A DNA stretch of 64,000 bases from Myxococcota bacterium (lineage in GTDB: Bacteria > Myxococcota_A > UBA9160 > UBA4427), in assembly GCA_965250285.1 (NCBI GenBank), contig OZ252299.1, positions 1,408,001 through 1,472,000 on the forward strand. Reading direction: 5' to 3'. Shown here piece by piece: positions 17,610-27,134 of this stretch (positions are counted from its first letter, which is position 1; each line of letters starts with the position of its first letter). Both the position numbers and the translations under genes were made by a program. The notes beneath the pieces are model-generated. The model was not told the DNA's origin and made no database searches. It saw only the letters and a list, made by a program, of their open reading frames with translations.

Positions 17610-19064
17610 TCAACGTCGCCAGAAGTGCGGCAAGGCGAGGGCCAGCACGGCGAAGAACTCGAGCCGGCCCAGCCACATCAGCAGCACCATCACGAGCTTC
17701 TGCCAGGGTGCGAAGAACGCGAACGAGCTCGTCGGGCCGACCTCGGCGAGACCCGGGCCGATGTTCGACAGCGTCGCGAGTGACGCCGAGGCCGCGGTCA
17801 CGATGTCGGTGTCGCCCACCGAGAGCAGCAGCGCACCGAACCCCCAGCCGAGCACCCAGAGCAGCAGAAGCGCCACGACGCCGCGCTGCGACTCCTCGGG
17901 TACCAGCTGTCCGCCGACGCCGATGGCGACGACCGAGTTCGGGCTGAACGTGAGTCGCACCTCTCGCATCGTCACCTTGAAGCCGATGATCAGGCGGATG
18001 ATCTTCGCGCCACCCGCCGTCGAGCCCGCACAGCCCCCCGCGAACATCAGGCTGATGAGCACGGCGTGGGCCATCCCGGGCCACTCGGCGAAGTCGCCGG
18101 TGCCGAACCCGGTCGTGGTGAGGAGCGAGACGACGGTGAAGGCCCCTTCGAGCGTGGCGTCGCCGACGGTCGGCGTGCTGTCGTTCAGGATCAGGTCGAA
18201 GATGATCAACAGGCTCGCGCCGAGCGCGAGGCCGAGATAGACCCGCAGCTCGACATCCCGCAGCGCGCTGAAGTCGCGGCGACGGGCGACGGCGTAGTAG
18301 AGCGCGAAGTTCACGCCCGCGGCGAGCATGAAGACGAGGATCACCAGCTGGATCGCGGTGCCGAAGTGGGCGACCGAGTCGGCGTACGGTGAGAAGCCTC
18401 CGGTCGAGACCGTCGAGAACGTGTGGACGAGCGCGTCGTAGAAACTCGCGCCGAAGATGATCAGCAGGCCGATCTCGAGCAGGGTCAGGATCATGTAGAT
18501 GCGAAAGAGCGCCACGGCGGTGCCGCGCACGCGGGCGTGCATGATTTCGGCCTTCGGGCCCGGCACCTCGAGCTTGAACAGAAAACGGGCGCCCGGGCCG
18601 AGCTCGGAGAGCAGCGCGACGAACAGCACGACGATCCCGATCCCGCCGAGCCACTGGGTCATGCTGCGCCAGAACAGGATCGGCTTCGACACCGCCTCGA
18701 TGTCGGTCAAGATCGAGGCGCCGGTCGTCGTGAAGCCCGAGGCCGACTCGAAGAAGGCGTCGACGACACCCGGGATCGCGCCCGAGGCCACGTAGGGGAT
18801 CGCGCCGACGATCGAGGCGAGGCCCCACGAGCCGACGACGACGAGCACGCCCTCGCGGCGGTACAGCTCGCCGCCCTCGACCGGACGGCCTGCGGCGGTG
18901 CGCAGCCCGAGGCCCACGGCCGCGCTGGATCCCGCGCCCACCAGCAGCCCCCGCGCCGAGTCGAGATCGAGCGGCGCGATGCACCACACCAGCGGCACGA
19001 GCTCGGCGGCCGCGAGCACGTAGAGCACGAGGCCGAGAATGCGCATCACGGGGCGCAGGTTCAT
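17610..19064 (-). CDS. trkH: Trk potassium uptake permease
   Basis: FFESASGFTTTG, QWLGGIG, STVSTGGFS, GGCAGSTAGG, SNIGPG, MWLGRLE motifs. Confidence 0.96.
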   Translation of the reverse strand: MNLRPVMRILGLVLYVLAAAELVPLVWCIAPLDLDSARGLLVGAGSSAAVGLGLRTAAGRPVEGGELYRREGVLVVVGSWGLASIVGAIPYVASGAIPGVVDAFFESASGFTTTGASILTDIEAVSKPILFWRSMTQWLGGIGIVVLFVALLSELGPGARFLFKLEVPGPKAEIMHARVRGTAVALFRIYMILTLLEIGLLIIFGASFYDALVHTFSTVSTGGFSPYADSVAHFGTAIQLVILVFMLAAGVNFALYYAVARRRDFSALRDVELRVYLGLALGASLLIIFDLILNDSTPTVGDATLEGAFTVVSLLTTTGFGTGDFAEWPGMAHAVLISLMFAGGCAGSTAGGAKIIRLIIGFKVTMREVRLTFSPNSVVAIGVGGQLVPEESQRGVVALLLLWVLGWGFGALLLSVGDTDIVTAASASLATLSNIGPGLAEVGPTSSFAFFAPWQKLVMVLLMWLGRLEFFAVLALALPHFWRR

Positions 19065-19197
19065 CGTCGGCTCCACGTGCGTCGGGCGTCGGGGCCGCCG
19101 ATCCGGCCCGGTCGCCGCGCCGCACCGGCATGTGCACTGGGGTCGTGCACCGGGCAGCGCACGCCGACGGTGCGCGGGTTGAGCCGGGGGCGGGCGG

Positions 19198-20574
19198 TCA
19201 TGCGCGCTCGCGTTCCTCGGGATCGGGCCCCGGGAAGAGCAGCTGCACCATGTCGCGCTCTTCGCGCCGTGCGAAGAGGATGACGTCATCGCCCACCGAC
19301 AGCTGATCGCTGCCGCGAGGGATGATCGCGCGCCCATCGCGCAGCAGGGCGGCGACGATCAGGCCTTGCGGGATCTCGACGTCGGCGAGCGTGCTGCCTG
19401 CGACCGGGCTCTGGCCGTAGACCGTGCGCTGCACGAACTCGGCGGCGCCGCTCTCGAACGAGACGATGTGCGACTCGTAGTTGTTGTCGATGTAGCTCTG
19501 AATGCGCCGTGCGGCGGTCATGCGCGGCGAAACGATGTCGAGCAGGGCCACCTTGCGCCACAGGGTCGACGTCTCGCTCTTCTGCACCAGCGCGGTGAGA
19601 TCACTGGCCCCGAGCTCCTGCGCGAGCAGGCACGCCATCAGGTTCGTCTCGTCGTTGCTGGTGAGCGCGATGAAGGTGCGCGCCGATCCGACCCCCTCGC
19701 TCTGGAGCACGGACATGTCGGTCGCGTCGCCGTGGATCACGTCGCAGTCGGGAAACTCGGCGGCCAGCTGCTCGCAGCGCGAGCGGTCGAGCTCGATGAT
19801 CTTGATGCGTTTGGCCTGCCGCTCGAGGCCGGCGATCACGGCCTGTGCGGTCTGTCCGCCGCCGGCGACGACCACGAGGCCGAGACGCCGAGAGTGCTGG
19901 CTCACGCGCCGCTCGACGGCATCGACGGCGGAGGGCGTCCCGATCACGAGCGCGTCGTCGCCGACCTGAGCGCGCGTCTCGCCCGTGGGCACCGTGATCT
20001 CACCCTCTCTCGAGATGTAGGCCAGGACGAGCGAGTCGGCGGGCAGATCGGCCTCGACGAGGCGCTTCTCGGCCAGGTGGCTGCCCGCTTCGATGGACGT
20101 GCGGCGCACCTGCAGGGCGCCCTGGGCGAGGTACTCGACGTCGAGGGTGTTGTAGCCGAGCACGTGGTTGAGCACGCGGGTCGTCGTGAGCAGCTGCGTC
20201 GAGAGCAGCAGGTCGGCCTGGAACGTCGTCTCATAGACGCGCCCGTAGCGGGTGACGCCCTCTGAGCTGCGCACGCGCACGACCGTGCGGCGCGCGCCCA
20301 CGCGCTTGGCCAGCAGGGCGGCGGCGAGATTCGCTTCGTCGGATGAGCTCGCGGCCACGAAGAGGTCACACTCGGCCACCCGAGCGGCCTCGAGTGTCGG
20401 TACGTGGGTGCCGTTGCCGAGCACGAAGGCGGCGTCGAGCTGCTCCTCCACCAGGTGAGCGACGCTGGGGTCGCTGTCGATCAGCGTGACTTCGTGCCGC
20501 TCGGCCGAGAGGCTGCGTGCCAGATAGCGGCCGACCTCGCCGGCCCCCATCACGACGAATCGTTTCGCGTCCAT
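19198..20574 (-). CDS. trkA: Trk potassium uptake NAD-binding subunit
   Basis: Two RCK-N/RCK-C pairs (GAGEVG; GGGQTA); adjacent to trkH. Confidence 0.95.
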   Translation of the reverse strand: MDAKRFVVMGAGEVGRYLARSLSAERHEVTLIDSDPSVAHLVEEQLDAAFVLGNGTHVPTLEAARVAECDLFVAASSSDEANLAAALLAKRVGARRTVVRVRSSEGVTRYGRVYETTFQADLLLSTQLLTTTRVLNHVLGYNTLDVEYLAQGALQVRRTSIEAGSHLAEKRLVEADLPADSLVLAYISREGEITVPTGETRAQVGDDALVIGTPSAVDAVERRVSQHSRRLGLVVVAGGGQTAQAVIAGLERQAKRIKIIELDRSRCEQLAAEFPDCDVIHGDATDMSVLQSEGVGSARTFIALTSNDETNLMACLLAQELGASDLTALVQKSETSTLWRKVALLDIVSPRMTAARRIQSYIDNNYESHIVSFESGAAEFVQRTVYGQSPVAGSTLADVEIPQGLIVAALLRDGRAIIPRGSDQLSVGDDVILFARREERDMVQLLFPGPDPEERERA

Positions 20575-20681
20575 CCCGCTCCCCCGGCGCCCCCCGAAAG
20601 GCCGGCGCCGCGCGCGGTGCCGAGGCCATCCGACGCCCGGCCGGTCGCGCGCCGGCCCGGATCGGAGGGGCGGGCCAGAAC

Positions 20682-21920
20682 CTAGCGATCCTCGCGGGGG
20701 ATGTCGTAGTGCGCGAGGTAGAACGCGAAGCGCTCGCTCTCGGCTTCGGGGTCGAGCCCGGTGCTCGCTGCGCTGTAGCGGTGCACACCGCCGGCGCCCT
20801 TTGGCCGGCTGGCCGCGTAGGCGGCGATCGCGTCGCGGGTTTCGTCCGGCCAGGGCCAACCCAGCCGTTCGTAGATTCGGCCGATCGTTCCGGTCGGGTC
20901 CCGCACGACGTCGGCGAACTGCACGTCGATGAACCGGTCGTCGGGCAGGGCGCCCGAGGCGCGATCGTCGATCTCCTGTCGATACGCGGCGGCGAAGGCC
21001 CGGGGGATCGCCTTGGCGAGCGGAGCGAGGTCGACGCGGTCGCTGCGCATCCACATGAGCGTGCCCGTCAGGTTGAGCATGCTCGGAAAGCTCTTGAGCG
21101 GATCGCGGTGAGTGCGAATGATGCGCGCGTCGGGATAGACGTCGAAGAGAGTCCGAAGCTGCGACTGATGGCTCGGCGCCTTGAGCAGCCAGCGCTGCGC
21201 GCCGCCACGGCTCTGAAGCGACTGCAGCACCCGGCGATGGGTCTCATAGGCGAGATGATGATCGGCCTGCGCGAGGTGGCGCTGGTAGCCGAACGCTCCG
21301 TACTGCGATCCCCAGATATCGGACAGGAATGAGAGCATCGTCATGAAGATGCACTCGTTCGGTTGGTGGCCCGAGTTTTCATGCATCGTCGCGTATTCAG
21401 GCGCGATCGAAGGCAACGACAGCTCGAAGCGGTGCGCGACCTCGCGAAGGTCCGTGCCCCGTGCGGCCTGTGCCGGATGATGCATCTCCCACATCGCCGG
21501 CGCGCGGGTGGCGGGATCGTGCGCCATCAGCTCGAAGAGGATCGACGTGCCCGTGCGGGCGCCGCCGACGATGAAGACCGGTGCGTCGATGCGCGCGTCG
21601 AGCAGATCGGGCTGCTCGGTCCAGAGCGCACTCAGCTCGAGCCGGTTCTGCAGCGTTCGCAGCAGCTCGGTGCGGGCGAGCAGCCGGCCGACCAGATGCA
21701 GCTCGGCGTCGCGATTCAGCGACGTCATGAAGGCGTCGAAGTGCTCGCGCCAGCCGTCCTCGCGAAAATCGTCGAGGCCGGTCGAAGCGCGGGCGGTGTC
21801 GAGCAGATCCTCGGCCTCGAGTGACACCAGGCCGTCGGCGCCGCGGACCGCCTCGCCATAGGCCAGCAGTCGGTCCACCCAGTCGGGGCGCGGCGGCGGC
21901 GTCCAGGACGCCGCCGTCAC
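20682..21920 (-). CDS. Sulfotransferase family protein
   Basis: PVFIVGGARTGTS PAPS-binding loop, WLLKAPSH, THRDP..S. Confidence 0.92.
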   Translation of the reverse strand: MTAASWTPPPRPDWVDRLLAYGEAVRGADGLVSLEAEDLLDTARASTGLDDFREDGWREHFDAFMTSLNRDAELHLVGRLLARTELLRTLQNRLELSALWTEQPDLLDARIDAPVFIVGGARTGTSILFELMAHDPATRAPAMWEMHHPAQAARGTDLREVAHRFELSLPSIAPEYATMHENSGHQPNECIFMTMLSFLSDIWGSQYGAFGYQRHLAQADHHLAYETHRRVLQSLQSRGGAQRWLLKAPSHQSQLRTLFDVYPDARIIRTHRDPLKSFPSMLNLTGTLMWMRSDRVDLAPLAKAIPRAFAAAYRQEIDDRASGALPDDRFIDVQFADVVRDPTGTIGRIYERLGWPWPDETRDAIAAYAASRPKGAGGVHRYSAASTGLDPEAESERFAFYLAHYDIPREDR

Positions 21921-23101
21921 TGAAAGCGGTCCCAGGCGGCCTCGCGGCGTGCGCGCAAGCGTTGCCGCCGCTCATCGGCGTCGATCGACGGATGGTCTTC
22001 GGGGAGATGCGCGCGCACCTCGGTCATCGGCAGCCGTGTCGCGGCGGGGGCCGGGGCCGTGCGTGCCCAGACCCAGCGGTACACGAGCAGGCCACGCTCG
22101 CGCGCCTCGATGTCGATCCAGTTCGGTGTACCCGGGTCACGCATGGCGAGCACGACGCGCATGCGGCCATCGGCGTCGACGTGCAGCTGATCACCGGAGA
22201 GGCTCGTCTGACGATCGGCGAAGTCGCCCGACTCGAGCCAGCCGAGGGTGTGGATCGTGAAACCGAAGTAGTCGGCGTCGGGCACGTCGCACTCGAGCAG
22301 CAGCGCTTCGTCGGGCTCGAGCTGCCAGAAGCAGCTGCCGTACAGGATGTTGTCGGCGCCGCCCTTCGCCGGCGTCGGGGGCGCGGCGACGTTCGGCGTC
22401 GCGTGATTCCAGCCCGCCCCGGTGTAGGCGTTCCAGTAGCGCGCGCTGGCCTCGATCCAGGTCGCGGCCCGGTCGAGGCCATCGACGACCCCGGCCGGGG
22501 CCAGCCGAGGCGGGGGCTCGCCCTCGGCGCCGATCCGCTCGATGTGGAAGGCCGGTGATGCGTCGTTCGCCCAGTCGCTCACGTAGATGCGGATGCCGAA
22601 GATGCGCGCGTCGGGGTGCATCTCGATCCAGTTGCCCGGGGCGGGGTCGGCCGAGATCGTGATCTCGAGTCGACCGTCGTCGCCGACTTCGAGCGCGTTG
22701 AGCGACGTCTCGCCGTAGACGCCGTACTGCTGCAGCTGCATGTCGCCCTCGTGCAGCGAGAAGATCGCCTGGCGCATGCCGCGAACGTCGGCCCAGACCC
22801 GGTAGCGCTCGTTCGGGTCGACGTTGGCGCGCAGGTAGGTGTTGTCGGGATTGGGCCCGCCCCATTGCAGGTCGGGCGTCTCGTAGCGGACGAAGCGGGG
22901 GTGCAGCGGGTCGCCCGCTTCGATCTCCATGCGCGTGGCGTAGGTCGCGAGGCGGAGCAGCCAACGCAGGCCTTCAGCCTGGTCGCGCGGCGGCGAGGGA
23001 AAGCCCTCTTCGAGGATCGCGTCGCCGGCAGCTTCGAGCCGGCGACAGAAGCGGCGCCACGCGTCGCCGCTCGAGATGGCCTTCGCTTCGTCGTCGTTCA
23101 C
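21917..23101 (-). CDS. DUF1214-like protein (sulfotransferase-associated)
   Basis: WGGPNPDNTY, GNWI, DPG.PNWID motifs; overlaps the sulfotransferase start. Confidence 0.8.
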   Translation of the reverse strand: MNDDEAKAISSGDAWRRFCRRLEAAGDAILEEGFPSPPRDQAEGLRWLLRLATYATRMEIEAGDPLHPRFVRYETPDLQWGGPNPDNTYLRANVDPNERYRVWADVRGMRQAIFSLHEGDMQLQQYGVYGETSLNALEVGDDGRLEITISADPAPGNWIEMHPDARIFGIRIYVSDWANDASPAFHIERIGAEGEPPPRLAPAGVVDGLDRAATWIEASARYWNAYTGAGWNHATPNVAAPPTPAKGGADNILYGSCFWQLEPDEALLLECDVPDADYFGFTIHTLGWLESGDFADRQTSLSGDQLHVDADGRMRVVLAMRDPGTPNWIDIEARERGLLVYRWVWARTAPAPAATRLPMTEVRAHLPEDHPSIDADERRQRLRARREAAWDRFQ

Positions 23102-23196
23102 GCAACGCGTCTCCAGGTGTGGATCCCTGTGTCGACTCGGCTCGGTCGAGCCATCCCGAGTCGGGCGCTTGCCGGCCTTCCCGCGCGGCTTCGCGT

Positions 23197-23661
23197 CTAG
23201 GTGTTGGCCTTCCAGTCTTCGACGAGGAGCTCCATCGTGACGTCGTAGAGGACGTTCATGTCCTCATCGAGCAGCTCGTAGAGACGCCCCGAGTCGGAGT
23301 GGTTGCCAAAGAAGGCGAGACCGCCTTCGGGCCCGCCGCGCTCGAGGTGGGGCAACGGCTCGCCGGTCGTGAGTGCGTAGTCGCCCGCGCGGCGAACGCG
23401 GTGCTCGGCCTTCGAGCCATCGGGGTTCAGATCCCAGAGGTGCTGCTCGCCCTCGAGCACGAGGACCGTCGTCGTCGACGTATGGCGGTGGATCGGGCAA
23501 TGCCCGCCGTCTGCGTGCCAGCGCACCACCATGTCGAGCGTGCCTGCGTCGAAATCCCAGCCGAGGATGGTGTAGTCGTGATGCACGAAGTAGGACTGGT
23601 TGGGCTCGCCCTTGACCTCGCGCCACTTGTGCCGGCCCGCGTCGAAGTGACTCTGGCGCAT
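23197..23661 (-). CDS. Cupin-domain protein
   Basis: HRH...VLEGEQH...PH.E cupin motifs; GGAGG RBS. Confidence 0.8.
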   Translation of the reverse strand: MRQSHFDAGRHKWREVKGEPNQSYFVHHDYTILGWDFDAGTLDMVVRWHADGGHCPIHRHTSTTTVLVLEGEQHLWDLNPDGSKAEHRVRRAGDYALTTGEPLPHLERGGPEGGLAFFGNHSDSGRLYELLDEDMNVLYDVTMELLVEDWKANT

Positions 23662-23684
23662 GATCGATCCTCCCATCGAGAAGC

Positions 23685-25493
23685 CTAGCTCCGCTCGAGC
23701 CCCTTCATCGTACCGTCCTCCCGCCACGCGCTCAGCAGGTCACGATACTCGTTGGGTTCGCCGAAGAAGAACCCGTTCTGGCGGCTCAGCGGCGAGGGGC
23801 GTCCCTCGCTGTTGTAATAGCCCGGCGTGCAGCTCTCCTGAAAGCTCGTGCGCTCGCCCGCGAGCCGCAGCACGGTGTCGACCCACTCCTGCTCGGCCGC
23901 TTCGCTGACCTCGAGCCGCTCGATGTCTTCCTTGATCGCGCGCCCGATCGTGTAGGCGATGTGGCGCGCCTGGAGGTCGAGCAGGTAGGGGAAGTTCACG
24001 CTGACGCCCGACTGCGCGATGCTCATCATGTAGCAGTTGGGGAACCCGCGCATGTGGATGCCGTGGAGGGTTCGGATGCCCGCGCTCCATGCGTCTTGCA
24101 GGCTGCGCCCCTCGCGTCCGACGAGCGTGTAACCCGCCCGGCGCTCGAACTCGGTGTTCACCTCGAAGCCGGTCGCGAAGATCAGGCAGTCGAGCTCGAC
24201 CTCGTCGCCGTTCGAGATGACGCCGCGTTCGGTGACGCGCTCGACGCCCTTGCCGTCGGTGTCGACGAGGGTCACGTTGGGCCGGTTGAAGGTCTGCAGG
24301 TACTCGTCGTGAAAGCACGGCCGCTTGCAGAACTGTCGGTACCAGGGCTTGAGCGATTCGGCGGTGGCCGGGTCGTCGATCAGGTCTTCGACCCGCTGCC
24401 GAATCTCGTTCATCTTGAGAAAGTCGGCCTTCTCGACCTGGGCCTCGATGTCTTCGGGCGACGTGCCGCCCTCGGACGACTGCATGACGAAGAGCACCTT
24501 GGCCACAATGTCGGTCCAGCCGTCATGGACCAGGTCTTCGGCCTCGAAGCCGCCGGTCGTCAGCGTCTGGAAGTTTTCCATCCGTCGCTGGTGCCAGCCC
24601 GGCTCGAGGGTCTCGACCCAGGCCGGATCGGTCGGGCTGTTCGCTCGCACGTCGACTGAAGACGGGGTGCGCTGAAAGACGAAGAGCTGCTTGGCGTCTC
24701 GCCCCAGGTGCGGGATGCACTGCACGGCCGAGGCTCCCGTCCCGATGATGCCCACCCGCTTGTCGGCGAGCTTCTCGAGCGCGCCGTTCGAGTCGCCGCC
24801 GGTGTACTCGAAGTCCCACCGACTCGTGTGGAAGGCGTGGCCGGCGAATTTCTCGATCCCGGGCAGGCCCGGCAGCTTGGGCTTCTGCAAGAACCCCTGG
24901 GCGAGGCAGACGAAGCGGGCGCGCATCGCATCGCCTCGATTCGTCTCGATGATCCAGCGCCCCGCCTCGTCGTCCCAGCGGATCTCGCGCACTTCGGTCT
25001 GCAGGCAGATGTCGCGGTAGAGGTCGAACTTGCGAGCGATCGCCTGGCAGTGTTCGAAGATCTCTTTGCCGCGGCTGTACTTCTCGGTCGGCATCGTGCC
25101 GACCTCTTCGAGCAACGGCATGTAGACGTACGACTCGATGTCGCACGCGATCCCCGGGTAGCGGTTCCAGTACCAGGTGCCGCCCACGTCGCCGGCCTTG
25201 TCGATCAACCGGATGCGATCGACGCCGGCCTCGCGCAGGCGGGCGCCGGCGATCAGGCCGCCGAAGCCCGCGCCGATGACGGCGACGTCCACCTCGTCTT
25301 CGAGCGGCGCGCGGGTGAAGCCGGGCTCGACGTATGGATCCTCGACGTAGTGCGCAAACGCGCCCGTCGTCTCGATGTACTGCTCGTCGCCGTCGTCACG
25401 CAGGCGCTTGTCGCGTTCGATGCGGTACTTCTCGCGCAGCGCATCCGGGTCGAGCGCACTGGGGTCGGCAGGTTGGTCGGCGTCGTTCGGCAT
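23685..25493 (-). CDS. Baeyer-Villiger / flavin-containing monooxygenase
   Basis: GAGFGG, GGTWYWNRYPG, F.G..FHTSRWD, GTGASA, ATGF motifs. Confidence 0.95.
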   Translation of the reverse strand: MPNDADQPADPSALDPDALREKYRIERDKRLRDDGDEQYIETTGAFAHYVEDPYVEPGFTRAPLEDEVDVAVIGAGFGGLIAGARLREAGVDRIRLIDKAGDVGGTWYWNRYPGIACDIESYVYMPLLEEVGTMPTEKYSRGKEIFEHCQAIARKFDLYRDICLQTEVREIRWDDEAGRWIIETNRGDAMRARFVCLAQGFLQKPKLPGLPGIEKFAGHAFHTSRWDFEYTGGDSNGALEKLADKRVGIIGTGASAVQCIPHLGRDAKQLFVFQRTPSSVDVRANSPTDPAWVETLEPGWHQRRMENFQTLTTGGFEAEDLVHDGWTDIVAKVLFVMQSSEGGTSPEDIEAQVEKADFLKMNEIRQRVEDLIDDPATAESLKPWYRQFCKRPCFHDEYLQTFNRPNVTLVDTDGKGVERVTERGVISNGDEVELDCLIFATGFEVNTEFERRAGYTLVGREGRSLQDAWSAGIRTLHGIHMRGFPNCYMMSIAQSGVSVNFPYLLDLQARHIAYTIGRAIKEDIERLEVSEAAEQEWVDTVLRLAGERTSFQESCTPGYYNSEGRPSPLSRQNGFFFGEPNEYRDLLSAWREDGTMKGLERS

Positions 25494-25637
25494 CTCGGGG
25501 CTCCGCGGGCAGGGGCGGGCCGGGTGCGGCTCGCTGTGGGTCAGGATCGAGGCAATCGGGGGCGCGGGCAACCGTTCTCGGGTGCGAACTGGGCGGAATG
25601 CTGCGCCAGGAAGGAAGCGAGCGAGCACGGCCTGGGC

Positions 25638-27134
25638 TCACTGTGCGGCAGTCGAGTCTTCGTAGTACCGCTCAGCGGCCGGGTGCAGCGGGACGGCGAG
25701 GCCGAGCCGCATCGTCTCGGGCGAGATGAAGCCGGCGCGAAAGTAGCTATCCGACAGCGCGCTGGCCTGATCGACCATCATCTCGAGCAGGCGCGTCACG
25801 GCCGCATCGGAGACCTCTTCGGTCGTGACGAGCGAGGCGGCGAGGCCGAGCGTCATGAAGGGCGCTGCCTGGTTCGGGTAGGTCCGGGCATCGACCTCGA
25901 GCACGTAGTAGGCGAAGCGTTCCTCTGCGAGTCGGTGGACGACGGCCGGGTCGAGCGACACGAATCGCAGATCGGCGCGCCGGGCCGCGAGCGCCTGGAG
26001 AGCCGCCGACGGGACTGCGCTCGTCAGGAAGAGAGCGTCGATGCGTCCCGCCTCGAGCGCACTGATCCCGTTCAGCCCGCCGACATCGACGATCTTGGGG
26101 GGCGGATCGATCGTCGCCCCCGCTGCGATCGAGAGCGCGACGACGTTGAAGCGGGTGCCCGAGCCCCGGGCGCCGACGCCGATCTTGCGACCCGAGAGAT
26201 CGGCGAGACGCTCGATCCCGCTCGATTCGAACGTGATCAGGTGCACCGCCTCGGGCCACAGGCTTGCGACCGAGCGCAGCTCCTGGTTGGGCAGGATCCC
26301 GTTCTCGGTCAGGCCGAGATACAGCGTCTCGGCGACGTCGCTCTGCACCAGCGCGAAGTCGAGCAGCTCGCCCCGCAGCAGCGCGCCGTTCTCGAGGCTG
26401 CCCTCGCTCTCATAGCTGTGCAGGGCGAAACCCGAGCGATGCGCGAAGTCACTGAGCGCCAGGCCGAACCGGTGGTACGTGCCGGGGCTCGGGCCCGAGC
26501 CGAGCGTCCGCTTGTCGGCGAGATGCGCGAGCTTCAAGTCGATGTGGGCGACCGCCGTCCCCAGCTCGTCGAGAATGATGCCGTCGCGTTCGGCCGGGTC
26601 GCGACCGGCCGCATCGTCGAGCGCGCTGCGGATCTGCGCGAGCAGGCGGCGCGGGCCGGAGCCCAGCGTGTCCTGGGTGCGCCGCTCGGGCGGAGGTGCG
26701 GGCACCGTCGCCGCGTCGGCGGGGCGCCACGCGTCATTCGAGGCCACGTACGACAGGCGGCCATGCACCGACAGCGTGTCGCCGGCGGCATTGCCGCCCG
26801 GCTGGATGCCCGAGATCCCGCCATCGGTCGCGCCGACGACGAACGCGAGTGTGCCGACGTTCAGACCCTTCCACGACGTGAGCGAGTAGTCGCGCTGCAG
26901 CTCGAGCCGCGCGTCGTAGTACACATGCAGGCCTCCGGGCTGATCGCCCTGGGCCGGGAACGTCGCCGAGCCCATGCGCCGGAAGGTCTTGACGTCGAAG
27001 AGGCCGGGCTCGAACGCGACGTCGAGCTCGTTCTGGAGATCGGCCCAGAGCGTGTCGGTGTCCGGGCCCCGCTGGCAGCCCATGGTGGCGGCCATGCACA
27101 GGCAGATCACGATCAGCCACGCGGTGTGTCTCAC
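25638..27134 (-). CDS. TAXI-family solute-binding lipoprotein with long N-terminal extension
   Basis: GSG...GTYH.FG, SEGSLENG, VQSD, GARGSGT, VPLHPAAERYY; lipobox TMGC. Confidence 0.9.
   Translation of the reverse strand: MRHTAWLIVICLCMAATMGCQRGPDTDTLWADLQNELDVAFEPGLFDVKTFRRMGSATFPAQGDQPGGLHVYYDARLELQRDYSLTSWKGLNVGTLAFVVGATDGGISGIQPGGNAAGDTLSVHGRLSYVASNDAWRPADAATVPAPPPERRTQDTLGSGPRRLLAQIRSALDDAAGRDPAERDGIILDELGTAVAHIDLKLAHLADKRTLGSGPSPGTYHRFGLALSDFAHRSGFALHSYESEGSLENGALLRGELLDFALVQSDVAETLYLGLTENGILPNQELRSVASLWPEAVHLITFESSGIERLADLSGRKIGVGARGSGTRFNVVALSIAAGATIDPPPKIVDVGGLNGISALEAGRIDALFLTSAVPSAALQALAARRADLRFVSLDPAVVHRLAEERFAYYVLEVDARTYPNQAAPFMTLGLAASLVTTEEVSDAAVTRLLEMMVDQASALSDSYFRAGFISPETMRLGLAVPLHPAAERYYEDSTAAQ

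Noticed and set aside
19103..19118. 16-bp intergenic sequence whose exact reverse complement is at 56551-56566 (REP-like?)
   Set aside because: Almost entirely G/C and only two copies; cannot be told from chance without the whole genome
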